Source: Thermomicrobiales bacterium
GTDB taxonomy: Bacteria; Chloroflexota; Chloroflexia; Thermomicrobiales; UBA6265
Assembly: GCA_034431475.1 (NCBI GenBank)
Contig: DAOUDE010000108.1
Location: forward strand, 48,882-112,881
Direction: 5' to 3'
Length of the DNA stretch: 64,000 bases
A program made the position numbers and the translations under genes. Below are positions 55,848 to 64,000 of the stretch, in pieces. Under the pieces are notes generated by a model. It saw only the letters and a program-made list of their open reading frames with translations. It was not told the DNA's origin and did not search any database. Every line of letters begins with the position of its first letter. The stretch's first letter is position 1.

Positions 55848-56660
55848 TTACCCGGCTGGGGCAGGCTCCACCACGCGCCCGGCCGCCGCGCTCCCTGTGC
55901 CCGGCGGCAAGACCCCGATGCCATCGCTACCCTGCGCCCCGAAGACGCCCATGAAGGTCTCCCACGGGATGTCGTACTCGTAGAGCCGCTCCCAGTTGGA
56001 GCTGGTCGGCCCCAGCACATCCCGGATCACCACGCCCAGATCGTTGTACCCCATCACGACCACGGCGTGGTCGTTGCCGAGCACGGTCGGCAGTTCAACC
56101 CCCGACGGCGTGATCCACGTCGTGGGCTCCCACTGCAGGAAATCGGCGGTGGCCTTCATCCAGACCAGGCCACCCTGATCAAGCGTTTGCTGGATACCTT
56201 GCTGATCCCGCACGTGGCTGGCGGGCAGGTGGAAGTGCTGGAAGATCGGCATCATGGCCTGGCCCGTGGTGCGGGCCAGCAGGTTCTCGTAATAGTCGCC
56301 GGAGAACCGGGTGAGGATATCCCCACCGTAGATCACCCACCCATTCGGCCCCATTTCGTACCAGGGCTCGATGGACGTGTCGTGCCCGACGATGCCGATC
56401 TGCTCGTCGAAGCCCACGTCGTGGCCAAAGGTGGCCAACACCACCCAGGCGGCATCGAACTCGCAGGTGTAGTGATAGAACTGGTTCTCCTTGGTGGCCG
56501 CCGCAACATAGGCGTCGTAGTAGCGGCCATCGGGCAGGGTGATGCCCTGAGCGGATGTGGCAGTGGGGCGGGTCATCAGTGGGCCGGCAGCGGCCAGGCC
56601 CAGGAAACCGCGCAGCACCTGGCGACGAGATGGACGGGAAAAGGGAAACGCGGCAGTCAC
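55848..56660 (-). CDS. Secreted peptidase C39-like (papain-fold) domain protein
   Basis: Tat-like leader SRRQVLRGFLGLAAAGP. Putative nucleophile in YTCEFDAAWVVL and His in NDHAVVVMGYND. Confidence 0.6.
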   Translation of the reverse strand: MTAAFPFSRPSRRQVLRGFLGLAAAGPLMTRPTATSAQGITLPDGRYYDAYVAAATKENQFYHYTCEFDAAWVVLATFGHDVGFDEQIGIVGHDTSIEPWYEMGPNGWVIYGGDILTRFSGDYYENLLARTTGQAMMPIFQHFHLPASHVRDQQGIQQTLDQGGLVWMKATADFLQWEPTTWITPSGVELPTVLGNDHAVVVMGYNDLGVVIRDVLGPTSSNWERLYEYDIPWETFMGVFGAQGSDGIGVLPPGTGSAAAGRVVEPAPAG

Positions 56661-57145
56661 GAATGGTCTCCAGCGCCCTGGGGCATGAGTGAAAGGAATG
56701 CAGGCGCGCCCGTTGTGACCAACATCGCACCTACATATCCTGACGCAGTGACTGGGCCGGGGGTTTCGCCCCGGCGCCCCTCCGGTGGAGCCAGCGACGG
56801 CCGCGTTCCCCTGGCGGGAGACCTCCTGGCCTGTCCGCCGGGCAAGTGTGCCAAGTCTGCCAACGTTCGCGGGTGGAGCAGGCTAAGACAGGCGTTCTCG
56901 CGAACCGGCGCCGTGCGCAGGATGCCGTGCCGGGTCCCGCTGGCAGCCAGTCGCTGCTCTCCCGTCACGCAACCGTGCCAGCGCGAGCGGGGTCAGGAAT
57001 GCTCGATGTGGGTGAAAACGGCCGGTCCCGCGAGGACAAGGCGGGGACGCGTATTTGCCGAGTCGCCCGGAGCATTCGCATGCTCAATTCCGAGTCTTGC
57101 GTGATCGCACTGGAGGTGGCGGCCGATACCTTCCCGGTGCGGTCA

Positions 57146-57250
57146 ATTCAGCGTACGGTAACTTATGATGCCTTGCGCGTAGACGCTGAGATCGCTCCAG
57201 CCAATATCGTCGCCCCAGATCACCAGGATGTTTGGCTGAGTACCCAGAGC
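57146..57250 (-). pseudogene. Relic of an arylsulfatase N-terminus
   Basis: The minus strand reads ALGTQPNILVIWGDDIGWSDLSVYAQGIISYRTLN*, bounded by stops on both sides. PNILVIxGDDIGW....Y..G...YRTPNID is the classic arylsulfatase start. Confidence 0.6.
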
Positions 57251-58427
57251 TCAGAATGACCTTTCCTGCTCCGTCGAACGTTGGCGCATTTCCGCCGCGC
57301 CTTTGTCACCAATGCGTCCAGACGTGCCTGATTCCCAGGTCCGGGACATCATCTCGGAGCCATCCATCTATCGCAACAGTTGCTCCAAGCTGTTGACGAA
57401 CGAATCACCATTTGGCCGGGCGGTGATGTCTTCAGCGCGCATCACTGTCCCGCCGATGGCCGCCGCGAGGACGCTTGTGCAGGAGGAGCCAGTCAGGCCA
57501 TGTTCGATAACAGGCGCAATCGTCTTCCTGCCACCTGGTGCTCACCCAGATTGGCGTCACTTTCTGGCTCCTGCATCGCTTCAATCCGAAGTGAAGCAGA
57601 GGTCTTCTCTCCTGCCGTAGCCACTCCCCGGTTCGATGGAACGGATGTACCTGCCGCCGCGGCTGGCTGACGGAGGCCAGGACAACCGACTTCGTGCGTT
57701 GGCGACGCTGGAGATCCGGTGCATCTGGCAGCGGCGCCTGACCCTGTCCGAATCGCCACCATGGAGAAGCGATGAACGTTTCGGAACGCCGTCAACCAGA
57801 TCAGCCACACGCCGGTGGGGTCGAAGCTGCGAGTGGTCCGGAATAGTTACGCGCTCGGCTGGCCCAGAACGTCATCGACATGGAACGCATTCCGCATGGT
57901 GGCGCGCTCATGGTCCTCGGCTTCGGAGGTTGCAAGTTCCTGGCGCAGGTCGTCGCGGTGTTGGGTGCAGAGGGGCCCGAGATCGAATCACCTCCCCGTA
58001 TCTTTTCCTTGTCGTTACGGCCATTGGCGTGGCCCTGGCGGTCTTGGCCATGCTTCGGAATCGACAGATCGTCACCTTCATCGACGTGGACATGGCCGGA
58101 CAGGAGGTGGCCCCTCCGATCCCCGGCGAAAACTGGGCAGCCATCCGGGCCTGGATCGCCATCATCCTGGGCACGGTTTCGTTCAGTACCCTGTTGTTCG
58201 TGGCGTAGGGTCATCCCAGACATGGAATGGCCGCGCTGTGGGGAATGGCAAGGACGCCAGCCGACGACGTATCGTCCGTATGGATCATGCAGCGCCTTTT
58301 CCTCGGCGATCGATGCACAAGCTCCACCGGACTTCCGGAGGCCGTTGCACCTTCCAGGTACGCGGCTCTGGCGCGTTGTGGCCGTGGCGACCGTGATCCA
58401 GGCAGCTGATGCGAGACAGGGGGCAGC

Positions 58428-59102
58428 ATGGCAGGTGTGATTGGAGATACGCTCCCGCTTGGTCTGGGCATTGCCCTCAACCCAATCGTCATCGTCGTCG
58501 TCATCCTGATCTTGGCGACCGGCGAAGGCCGAAAGAATGGGCTGGCCGTCACCATCGGCTGGGTAACTGGACTCACCGCGATCCTGTTGCTGGTCGCCTT
58601 GCTGACCCAGCGGGAATCTGCCGCCGATCCCCAGGGCACGCAGGTCCTCGTCGCAGCCGCCAAGATCGTTTTCGGTGGCACCCTCATCGCCGCGGCGATC
58701 CGGACATTGTTTCACCGGCCGCCACCAGGAGTTGAACCTGCGCCCCCACGCTGGATGCGCATGGTCGACAACGCCGGATTCGCTCGTTCACTGGGGCTCG
58801 GGCTCTTTCTCTCGGTGATCAGCATCAAGAATCTCGCACTCGGCGCCGCGGCGGCTGGCATCATCGGGCAATCAGGACTGGGCACACGCGGCGTCGTTAT
58901 TGCTGTTGCCATCTTCGTCCTGGTCAGCTCCACAGGCGTGCTCGTTCCTGTGCTCATCCATCTCGTTGGCGGGGAGTCAGGTGCGGCGACCCTCGACACC
59001 TGGCGCACATGGCTCAACGTCCATATGGGGGCGATAACGGCAGTGGTGATGCTTGTGCTCGGTGTCCACTTGATCGGCAAGGGCGTGGGAGCCTTGTTCT
59101 AG
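58428..59102 (+). CDS. GAP-family (DUF2910-like) integral membrane protein
   Basis: 224 aa with about six TM segments. N-terminal GDTLPLGLGIALNPIVIVVVILIL is typical of this family as I recall it. Confidence 0.6.
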   Translation: MAGVIGDTLPLGLGIALNPIVIVVVILILATGEGRKNGLAVTIGWVTGLTAILLLVALLTQRESAADPQGTQVLVAAAKIVFGGTLIAAAIRTLFHRPPPGVEPAPPRWMRMVDNAGFARSLGLGLFLSVISIKNLALGAAAAGIIGQSGLGTRGVVIAVAIFVLVSSTGVLVPVLIHLVGGESGAATLDTWRTWLNVHMGAITAVVMLVLGVHLIGKGVGALF

Positions 59103-59181
59103 GGAACTCCTCCGCAGGCTGCTCCCTTTCAAGGCATCCAGTGGTCCGGAGCGTCGAGGTCATTGTTGAGCGGAGGTCCGG

Positions 59182-60621
59182 ATGACCAAAGAGGCACATT
59201 CACCGGTCGCCGAGGGCATGTCCGTGGCTACTGAAGAGCAACAGTTGCGGCGACAAGTCCTGAGCGATCCGGCTGTGCGCGCGCTCGTCGCGTCGCGCCT
59301 GGCCTCGGTCCTCGGTATCGCCACGCTTTCCTACGGTTCGATGGTCTACCTGGCGTCGATCGGTGCGCCGCAGGTGACCATCTCGCTGATGGGCGCAACG
59401 CGCTACCTGGCCGCCCTGCTCTTCGGTATCGGCGGCGGGGCACTTGTCGACGCCATGTCAAAGCGCACAGCCATGGTGACGGCATACGCGCTTCAGGCTG
59501 CAGCCTGTTTCATTATTCCCACGGTCTGGGGCATTAGCGTGCCCAGCCTCCTCATCCTGATCTTTGTGATCGCCATGCTCGGCCAGATCATCACGCCAGC
59601 AGTCAAGGCCGCAACGGCGCTGGTGACGACTGCAGCGCAGGTCGCTGTTGCGGCAGCGATCATTTCCGTTGCCGGTGGCATTGGTTCCGCATTGGGCACC
59701 ACCATGCTAGCGCCGCTCCTGATCAAGATCGGGACCCTGAAGACCGTCGCCTATGTCTCCGGAGCCATCCTCGCGTTTGGCGCATTTCGGGCCTTGAAGG
59801 TCCCCCCGGAAGAGCACGCAACCTCCCTGGGACAAGCAGCGCGGACCGTGGATTGGAGGAACTCGATTCCTACCCTCCGGCACACCGCGAACTGGTTGCT
59901 CGCCAATCGCAAAGTGGGGGCAATGATCCTGGTTGGCTCAATAGTCGTGGCGCTCTTCGACGGGCTCAATACGCTCATGCCCGTCTACGTGCGCGATGTG
60001 CTCGGCACCGATCCAACCAATGCGGTCTACATCCTGGCGCCGGGCGGAATCGGCTTCATGGTGGGAACGGTGGTGGGACCATGGTGGATGGACCGCCGCG
60101 GTGAGCGGGCCCTGGGTGTCATGGCGCTCTTGCTCCTGAGCCTCGGCTTCGTTCTCTTCGGGTTCATCGACCTGGTGGCGCCCTTCCTCGCGCCCGTGAG
60201 CCCCCTGCGCCTCCTGGAGCTCTTCGGCATCGCGTTGAGTCCACAAATCAAAGCGGCGGGGCTGATCTCAATCCTCACCGCACTGGGATCGACTGGGGCT
60301 GGAGCCGCAGTCCAGACCTACGTAAACCGCTATGTCCTTCTCGCTCGACAGGCGACCACCTTTGGCATGCAAGAGGTCCTGGACAACGCGCTGACGCTGA
60401 TCTCGGTGCTGGCTCTGGGGGCGCTGGCGACTGTGCTCGGCTCACGTCTCGTCTTCATCGTCGCTCCGCCGTTGATCGTGCTCATTGTCCTGTGGGCGAT
60501 CCGAACCTGCTTCCGTGTCACAGCTCAAGATCCGCCAGAAGCTCGGGCTATCCTCCGCGCTCTGCTCGATACCGCGCCGACCCGCCCAGGACAGGACGGC
60601 AGTGGCAATCCGCCGATGTGA
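59182..60621 (+). CDS. MFS transporter
   Basis: 479 aa with about 12 TM segments and a GGALVDAMSKR-type loop between TM2 and TM3. Confidence 0.8.
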   Translation: MTKEAHSPVAEGMSVATEEQQLRRQVLSDPAVRALVASRLASVLGIATLSYGSMVYLASIGAPQVTISLMGATRYLAALLFGIGGGALVDAMSKRTAMVTAYALQAAACFIIPTVWGISVPSLLILIFVIAMLGQIITPAVKAATALVTTAAQVAVAAAIISVAGGIGSALGTTMLAPLLIKIGTLKTVAYVSGAILAFGAFRALKVPPEEHATSLGQAARTVDWRNSIPTLRHTANWLLANRKVGAMILVGSIVVALFDGLNTLMPVYVRDVLGTDPTNAVYILAPGGIGFMVGTVVGPWWMDRRGERALGVMALLLLSLGFVLFGFIDLVAPFLAPVSPLRLLELFGIALSPQIKAAGLISILTALGSTGAGAAVQTYVNRYVLLARQATTFGMQEVLDNALTLISVLALGALATVLGSRLVFIVAPPLIVLIVLWAIRTCFRVTAQDPPEARAILRALLDTAPTRPGQDGSGNPPM

Positions 60622-60818
60622 AGCCCTATCGGCACAATCGGTGGCCTTGTCGCAAGAGGCCATTTCCCTCCTGGTCCGCACGCCCCCGGCGCAGATATCG
60701 CCGGGGAGTGCCTCGCGCTGTGGGGCAAGGAAACGAGGTCTGCCCCGCCTGGAGCGAGCGGCCATCACGGCGTGTCACCACGCCGGACGGCCCTCCCCGA
60801 CCGGTCGTGACAGACGCT

Positions 60819-62078
60819 CTACACAGGAATTGGCGAGTCCGGCGTCAGGACCGCCGCGATGTTGCTGACGAGGTTCTGGCTGGGATTGAAGACGAGATAG
60901 TTCCCCTTGTCGTCAAATGCCTCCGGGGTGGGGGTCATGATGGCAGCAATGCCCACCCTGCGGGAGGGCAAGTACGCCATGGTCGAGCCAAACCCCGCGA
61001 AGAGCGGGTTCTGTAACTGCCAATCTCCCACCAGCCAGATGCCGAGGCCGTAGGTGGCGCGCTCGGTCAGCGCCATGCAGGTGGCGCACCCGTCCTGCTT
61101 GTGGCCGAACCCAACCAGCTCGCGCGACATCTGCGCCGCGTAAGAGGCCGGGCTGAGCAGCACGCCCTCTCCGATGCCGATGGCCGAGGCAGTCATGTCG
61201 TAGATGTTGGTTGTCTGGATAGCGCCGTGGGCGAGGGTCCAGGAGGGATCCCAGAATGTGGACTCCTCGAAGAACGGGATGTTGTCCGGGATCTTCAGGG
61301 TCGCTTTCCGCTCGGCAGAGTAGGCGTGCAGCACTGGCGGCGGAATATACGGCGTGTTCCAGCTCACCGTGTTGACCAGGCCCAGCGGGTCGAGCACCAG
61401 CTCGCGCAGCAGATCGGCCAGCGGCTTGCCGCTGATCTTCTCCAGCGCCAGCCCCAGGATCACGTAGTCCGTGTGGGAGTAGGCCCAGTTCTCACCCGGC
61501 GCGAAGGGGCGGCCATACTTCAGACTGACCTCGATAATCTCCTCTGGCGTCCAGTTCCGGAATGCATTGAGGTAGTTCATCTCCACGAAGCCAGGCGTAT
61601 TGACGTAATCGGTGTAGCCAGCCGTGAGATTCGCCAGCATCTTCAGCGTGACCTTGTCCGCCTCCGGCAGATCGGGCAGCCAGGTCCCGAGCGTGTCTTC
61701 CAGCGTCACCACGCCCCGGTCCACCAGCACCAGTAGCGCGGTCGAGATGTACGAAATGGCGACCGCGCCGTTGCGGAAATGCATCTCGGCCGTCGCCGGC
61801 ACGCCGTTCATGCTCTCGCCACGCGCAACCGTTGCCACCTCGCGGCCATCGACCACCACCCGCGCGATCCCGGCCATCATGTGGTACTTCGCCATCGCCT
61901 CTTCCAGGATGGCGGCGATGTCATCCGGCGTCGCCGTAATCGGCGCCAGCGGCGAGGCAGCGGCCACCGGCGTCGCGGACTGCGCCGCCGTACCGTGCCC
62001 CAGCGCCACGCCAGCCACGCCGGCGCTGACGCCTCCAAGCACCGCCCGCCGGGAATGCCGCAGATCGAACCCGGACAT
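60819..62078 (-). CDS. Beta-lactamase-fold protein lacking the catalytic SxxK (predicted non-catalytic)
   Basis: ATG at 62078 after AAAGGTGGA. Tat-like leader HSRRAVLGGVSAGVAGVALG. FRNGAVAISYISTALLVLVDRG aligns to LRIGSVTKSFSSLLVATLVDTG of the 9005..10693 hydrolase, giving Ser to Ala and Lys to Ile. The second motif is YSH instead of YxN. Confidence 0.8.
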   Translation of the reverse strand: MSGFDLRHSRRAVLGGVSAGVAGVALGHGTAAQSATPVAAASPLAPITATPDDIAAILEEAMAKYHMMAGIARVVVDGREVATVARGESMNGVPATAEMHFRNGAVAISYISTALLVLVDRGVVTLEDTLGTWLPDLPEADKVTLKMLANLTAGYTDYVNTPGFVEMNYLNAFRNWTPEEIIEVSLKYGRPFAPGENWAYSHTDYVILGLALEKISGKPLADLLRELVLDPLGLVNTVSWNTPYIPPPVLHAYSAERKATLKIPDNIPFFEESTFWDPSWTLAHGAIQTTNIYDMTASAIGIGEGVLLSPASYAAQMSRELVGFGHKQDGCATCMALTERATYGLGIWLVGDWQLQNPLFAGFGSTMAYLPSRRVGIAAIMTPTPEAFDDKGNYLVFNPSQNLVSNIAAVLTPDSPIPV

Positions 62079-62175
62079 GTTTCCACCTTTCTGCGTGTTG
62101 TGATGCATGACGGGGAACGGCGGCCACGGCAGCGCTGAAATCATTGCCGGTGGCTGTGCCCGCAGCACTGTAGCA

Positions 62176-62265
62176 GGGAGAACGCGCCCGGCCAGAACGC
62201 GGACGCCGCGCCGCTGGATCGTGGAGCGGACCTTTGCCTGGCTGGGGCTCGAATCAGGGATATGA
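62176..62265 (+). mobile_element. IS5-family transposase C-terminal relic
   Basis: Reads ...PRRWIVERTFAWLGLESGI*. RRW(I/V)VERTFAWL is the hallmark C-terminal motif of IS5/DDE_Tnp_1 transposases. No upstream ORF or inverted repeats remain. Confidence 0.6.
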
Positions 62266-62281
62266 GGTTTTACACGCCTGC

Positions 62282-63781
62282 TTACAGGTCACCCAGGGCC
62301 GCCGCGAGCCGGCGGACTCCCTCGCGAATGCCGGCGTCATCGATCCCGGCGAACCCGAGGATCAGGCCGCCGCGAGGAAGCGGCTCCAGGCTGTAGCGCG
62401 AGATCGGCCTCGCCGAGATCCCGGCCGCTGTCGCCAGGGCGGCGGCGCGGCGATCATCTGTGCCCGGCGGCAGCCAGCCGGCGATGGTCATACCCGTGTC
62501 AGGGAGATGCACCTCAAGCAAGTTCCCCAGGTGACGCGTCAGTTCCGCGTGCAGCAGATCGCGCCGGTGGCGGTAGAGCCGTCGCATGCGCCGGATGTGG
62601 CGGTCGTAGTGGCCTTCCTGGATGAAGTCGGTGAGGGCCAGTTGCTCCAGGAGTGGGATATGAATATCGCTGAAGCGCCGGGTCAGATGAAGCGCATCGA
62701 TCAACTCCGTGGGAGCGACGAGGTAGCCGAGGCGAAGGGTGGGAAAGAGCACTTTGCTGAAGGTCCCGACGTAGAGGACCGGCCCATCGCCCTGGAGCCC
62801 TTGCAGCGCCTCAAGAGGACGGCCACTGAAGCGAAACTCGCTGTCATAGTCATCCTCAACGATCCAGGCCGCAGCGTGCCGCGCCCAGTCGAGCAGCGCC
62901 AGGCGACGGCCCAGGCTCATGGTCACGCCGGTTGGAAACTGGTGTGAGGGTGAGGTGAACACGAGCCGGGCCTGCGGCGCCCGGCTCATGCCGGTCACGA
63001 CATTGAGCCCCTGGCCGTCAACCGGGACCGGAACAAGCCGCGCCCTGGCGGCCAGCAGCGCACCCTGGGCGCCGAAGTAGCCGGGATCCTCGATCCACGC
63101 CTCATCGCCAGGGTTCAGCAGGGTCCGTGCCACGAAGTCGAGTGCCCCCTGAGCACCGGTCGTGAGGATGATCTGCTCGGGTGTGCAGCGGACCCCGCGA
63201 GAGATTCCGAGCTTGACAGCGATTGCCTCCCGTAGTGGCAGATAGCCCGCAGGTGGTTGGTAGTAGGCGAGGTCAGGAAGTGAACGCCGTGCGTGGCGGG
63301 CGACGAGTCGCGCCCAGATGCCGTAGGGAAAGTGATCCAGCGCCGGCGCACCGGCACGGAACGCCGTCTGGTCGGCCTCATCATCCGTTCGCAGGTTGGG
63401 CACTGTCCGCAGATCGCGGATATGCGCCGCCAGCCGAGGCACTGGCGCCATGCGGCTGTCGGCTTCGAGCGCGTCCCCAAACGCAGGCGCGTCGGACGGC
63501 GGCGTGATGGGCAACTGGTGCGAGACCGCAGTGCCTTGCCCGACATGGCTTACGAGATACCCCTCGAGTTGCAACTGCTCGTACGCCAGGACTGTTGTAC
63601 CGCGGGAGACACCGAGTTCAGCTGCCAGGGTGCGGGTCGATGGCAGCCGCGTCCCCGGCGGCAGTTGGCCCGAAAGAATCTCGTCCCGCAAGCGGTCATA
63701 GAGCTGCTTGACGAGCGGCGCCGGCAAGCTGGGATCGAGCCTGATGTCCGGACGCTTTGTGGGCTGGGCGCGTCGTGGCAT
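62282..63781 (-). CDS. MocR/GabR-type regulator (GntR HTH fused to a PLP aminotransferase-like domain)
   Basis: ATG at 63781 (MPRRAQPTKRP). HTH LPSTRTLAAELGVSRGTTVLAYEQLQLEGYL. The aminotransferase fold I body includes the Lys segment YVGTFSKVLFPTLRLGY. Confidence 0.85.
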   Translation of the reverse strand: MPRRAQPTKRPDIRLDPSLPAPLVKQLYDRLRDEILSGQLPPGTRLPSTRTLAAELGVSRGTTVLAYEQLQLEGYLVSHVGQGTAVSHQLPITPPSDAPAFGDALEADSRMAPVPRLAAHIRDLRTVPNLRTDDEADQTAFRAGAPALDHFPYGIWARLVARHARRSLPDLAYYQPPAGYLPLREAIAVKLGISRGVRCTPEQIILTTGAQGALDFVARTLLNPGDEAWIEDPGYFGAQGALLAARARLVPVPVDGQGLNVVTGMSRAPQARLVFTSPSHQFPTGVTMSLGRRLALLDWARHAAAWIVEDDYDSEFRFSGRPLEALQGLQGDGPVLYVGTFSKVLFPTLRLGYLVAPTELIDALHLTRRFSDIHIPLLEQLALTDFIQEGHYDRHIRRMRRLYRHRRDLLHAELTRHLGNLLEVHLPDTGMTIAGWLPPGTDDRRAAALATAAGISARPISRYSLEPLPRGGLILGFAGIDDAGIREGVRRLAAALGDL

Positions 63782-64000
63782 GGGTCGCTCGCGTTCCCTG
63801 GCTGACACCGCCAGGACAACAAATGGACCAGAGAAGTCCATCACAAATGGCTCTTCTCTCTGCTCCATTATTGCGCTAAGGTCTGACCCTGCCAATCACC
63901 TCGCGGTTGGCATCGCTACGCAAGGGCGCCGGGAGAGCCACGCTCCCTCCGCGCCGGTTCATTCCCCAATCGCTCCCAAGAGGGGATTCCTGGCGCCCAC

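Noticed and set aside
54540-57104. 854-aa plus-strand ORF, the longest such ORF in this part of the track
   Set aside because: It runs antisense across two well-supported minus-strand genes (CAP protein and C39-like protein) and intergenic DNA. The translation is R/G/H/A/V low-complexity with no motifs. This is a typical open antisense frame in GC-rich DNA.
57801-58715. 304-aa minus-strand ORF overlapping the start of the GAP-family gene
   Set aside because: The composition is D/G/R-rich, including a DDDDDDD run. It lies antisense to a convincing membrane protein, and no motifs are present.

Overview
GC-rich bacterial chromosomal window. Tat-type signal peptides are common. Dense REP-like hairpin repeats spawn spurious ORFs of the GEGLGVRV and VILSLSKDL type. 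The style is reminiscent of Chloroflexota/Thermomicrobia-like genomes, but that is only an impression. All calls come from reading the ORF translations and the DNA by eye; no searches or statistics were run. I support about 55 protein genes.

Gene content, in order:
- Sugar-type ABC binding protein and a TIM-barrel isomerase.
- A MarR / KAS-II / MFS cassette.
- An MDR dehydrogenase, a divergent nitroreductase-fold protein and a class-C-type serine hydrolase.
- A large LuxR/LAL regulator.
- Cyanophycin synthetase (cphA) and cyanophycinase (cphB), physically split by an inserted RES-Xre toxin-antitoxin module.
- Two paralogous Cys-type sulfatases flanking a small Cys-rich secreted protein.
- A mobile/defence islet: an AAA_25 RepA-like ATPase plus a type I R-M operon, hsdM-hsdS-[Abi_C-like gene]-hsdR.
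- The sulfate ABC transporter sbp-cysTWA.
- A methyltransferase and an M1 metallopeptidase.
- A PotD-type ABC importer with no ATPase gene.
- A complete ssuE-ssuA-ssuA-ssuD-ssuC-ssuB sulfonate operon.
- LysE, VOC, methyltransferase, CAP-domain and C39-like secreted proteins.
- A gene-decay zone containing a sulfatase relic.
- GAP and MFS membrane proteins.
- A beta-lactamase-fold protein lacking the SxxK catalytic residues.
- An IS5-type transposase relic and a MocR regulator.

Most interesting observations:
1. The double knottin-like, polybasic small protein between the two sulfatases, which shares its leader and polybasic module with sulfatase 2.
2. The Abi_C-like gene translationally coupled inside the type I R-M operon.
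3. The TA module splitting cphB from cphA.
4. A duplicated promoter / ~100-nt structured RNA / terminator module, present in two copies 28.5 kb apart.
5. A GTCCAC-N7-GTGGAC palindrome sitting on sigma70-like promoters of both the sulfate and the sulfonate operons, each with a tandem P2-structured spacer-P1 layout.
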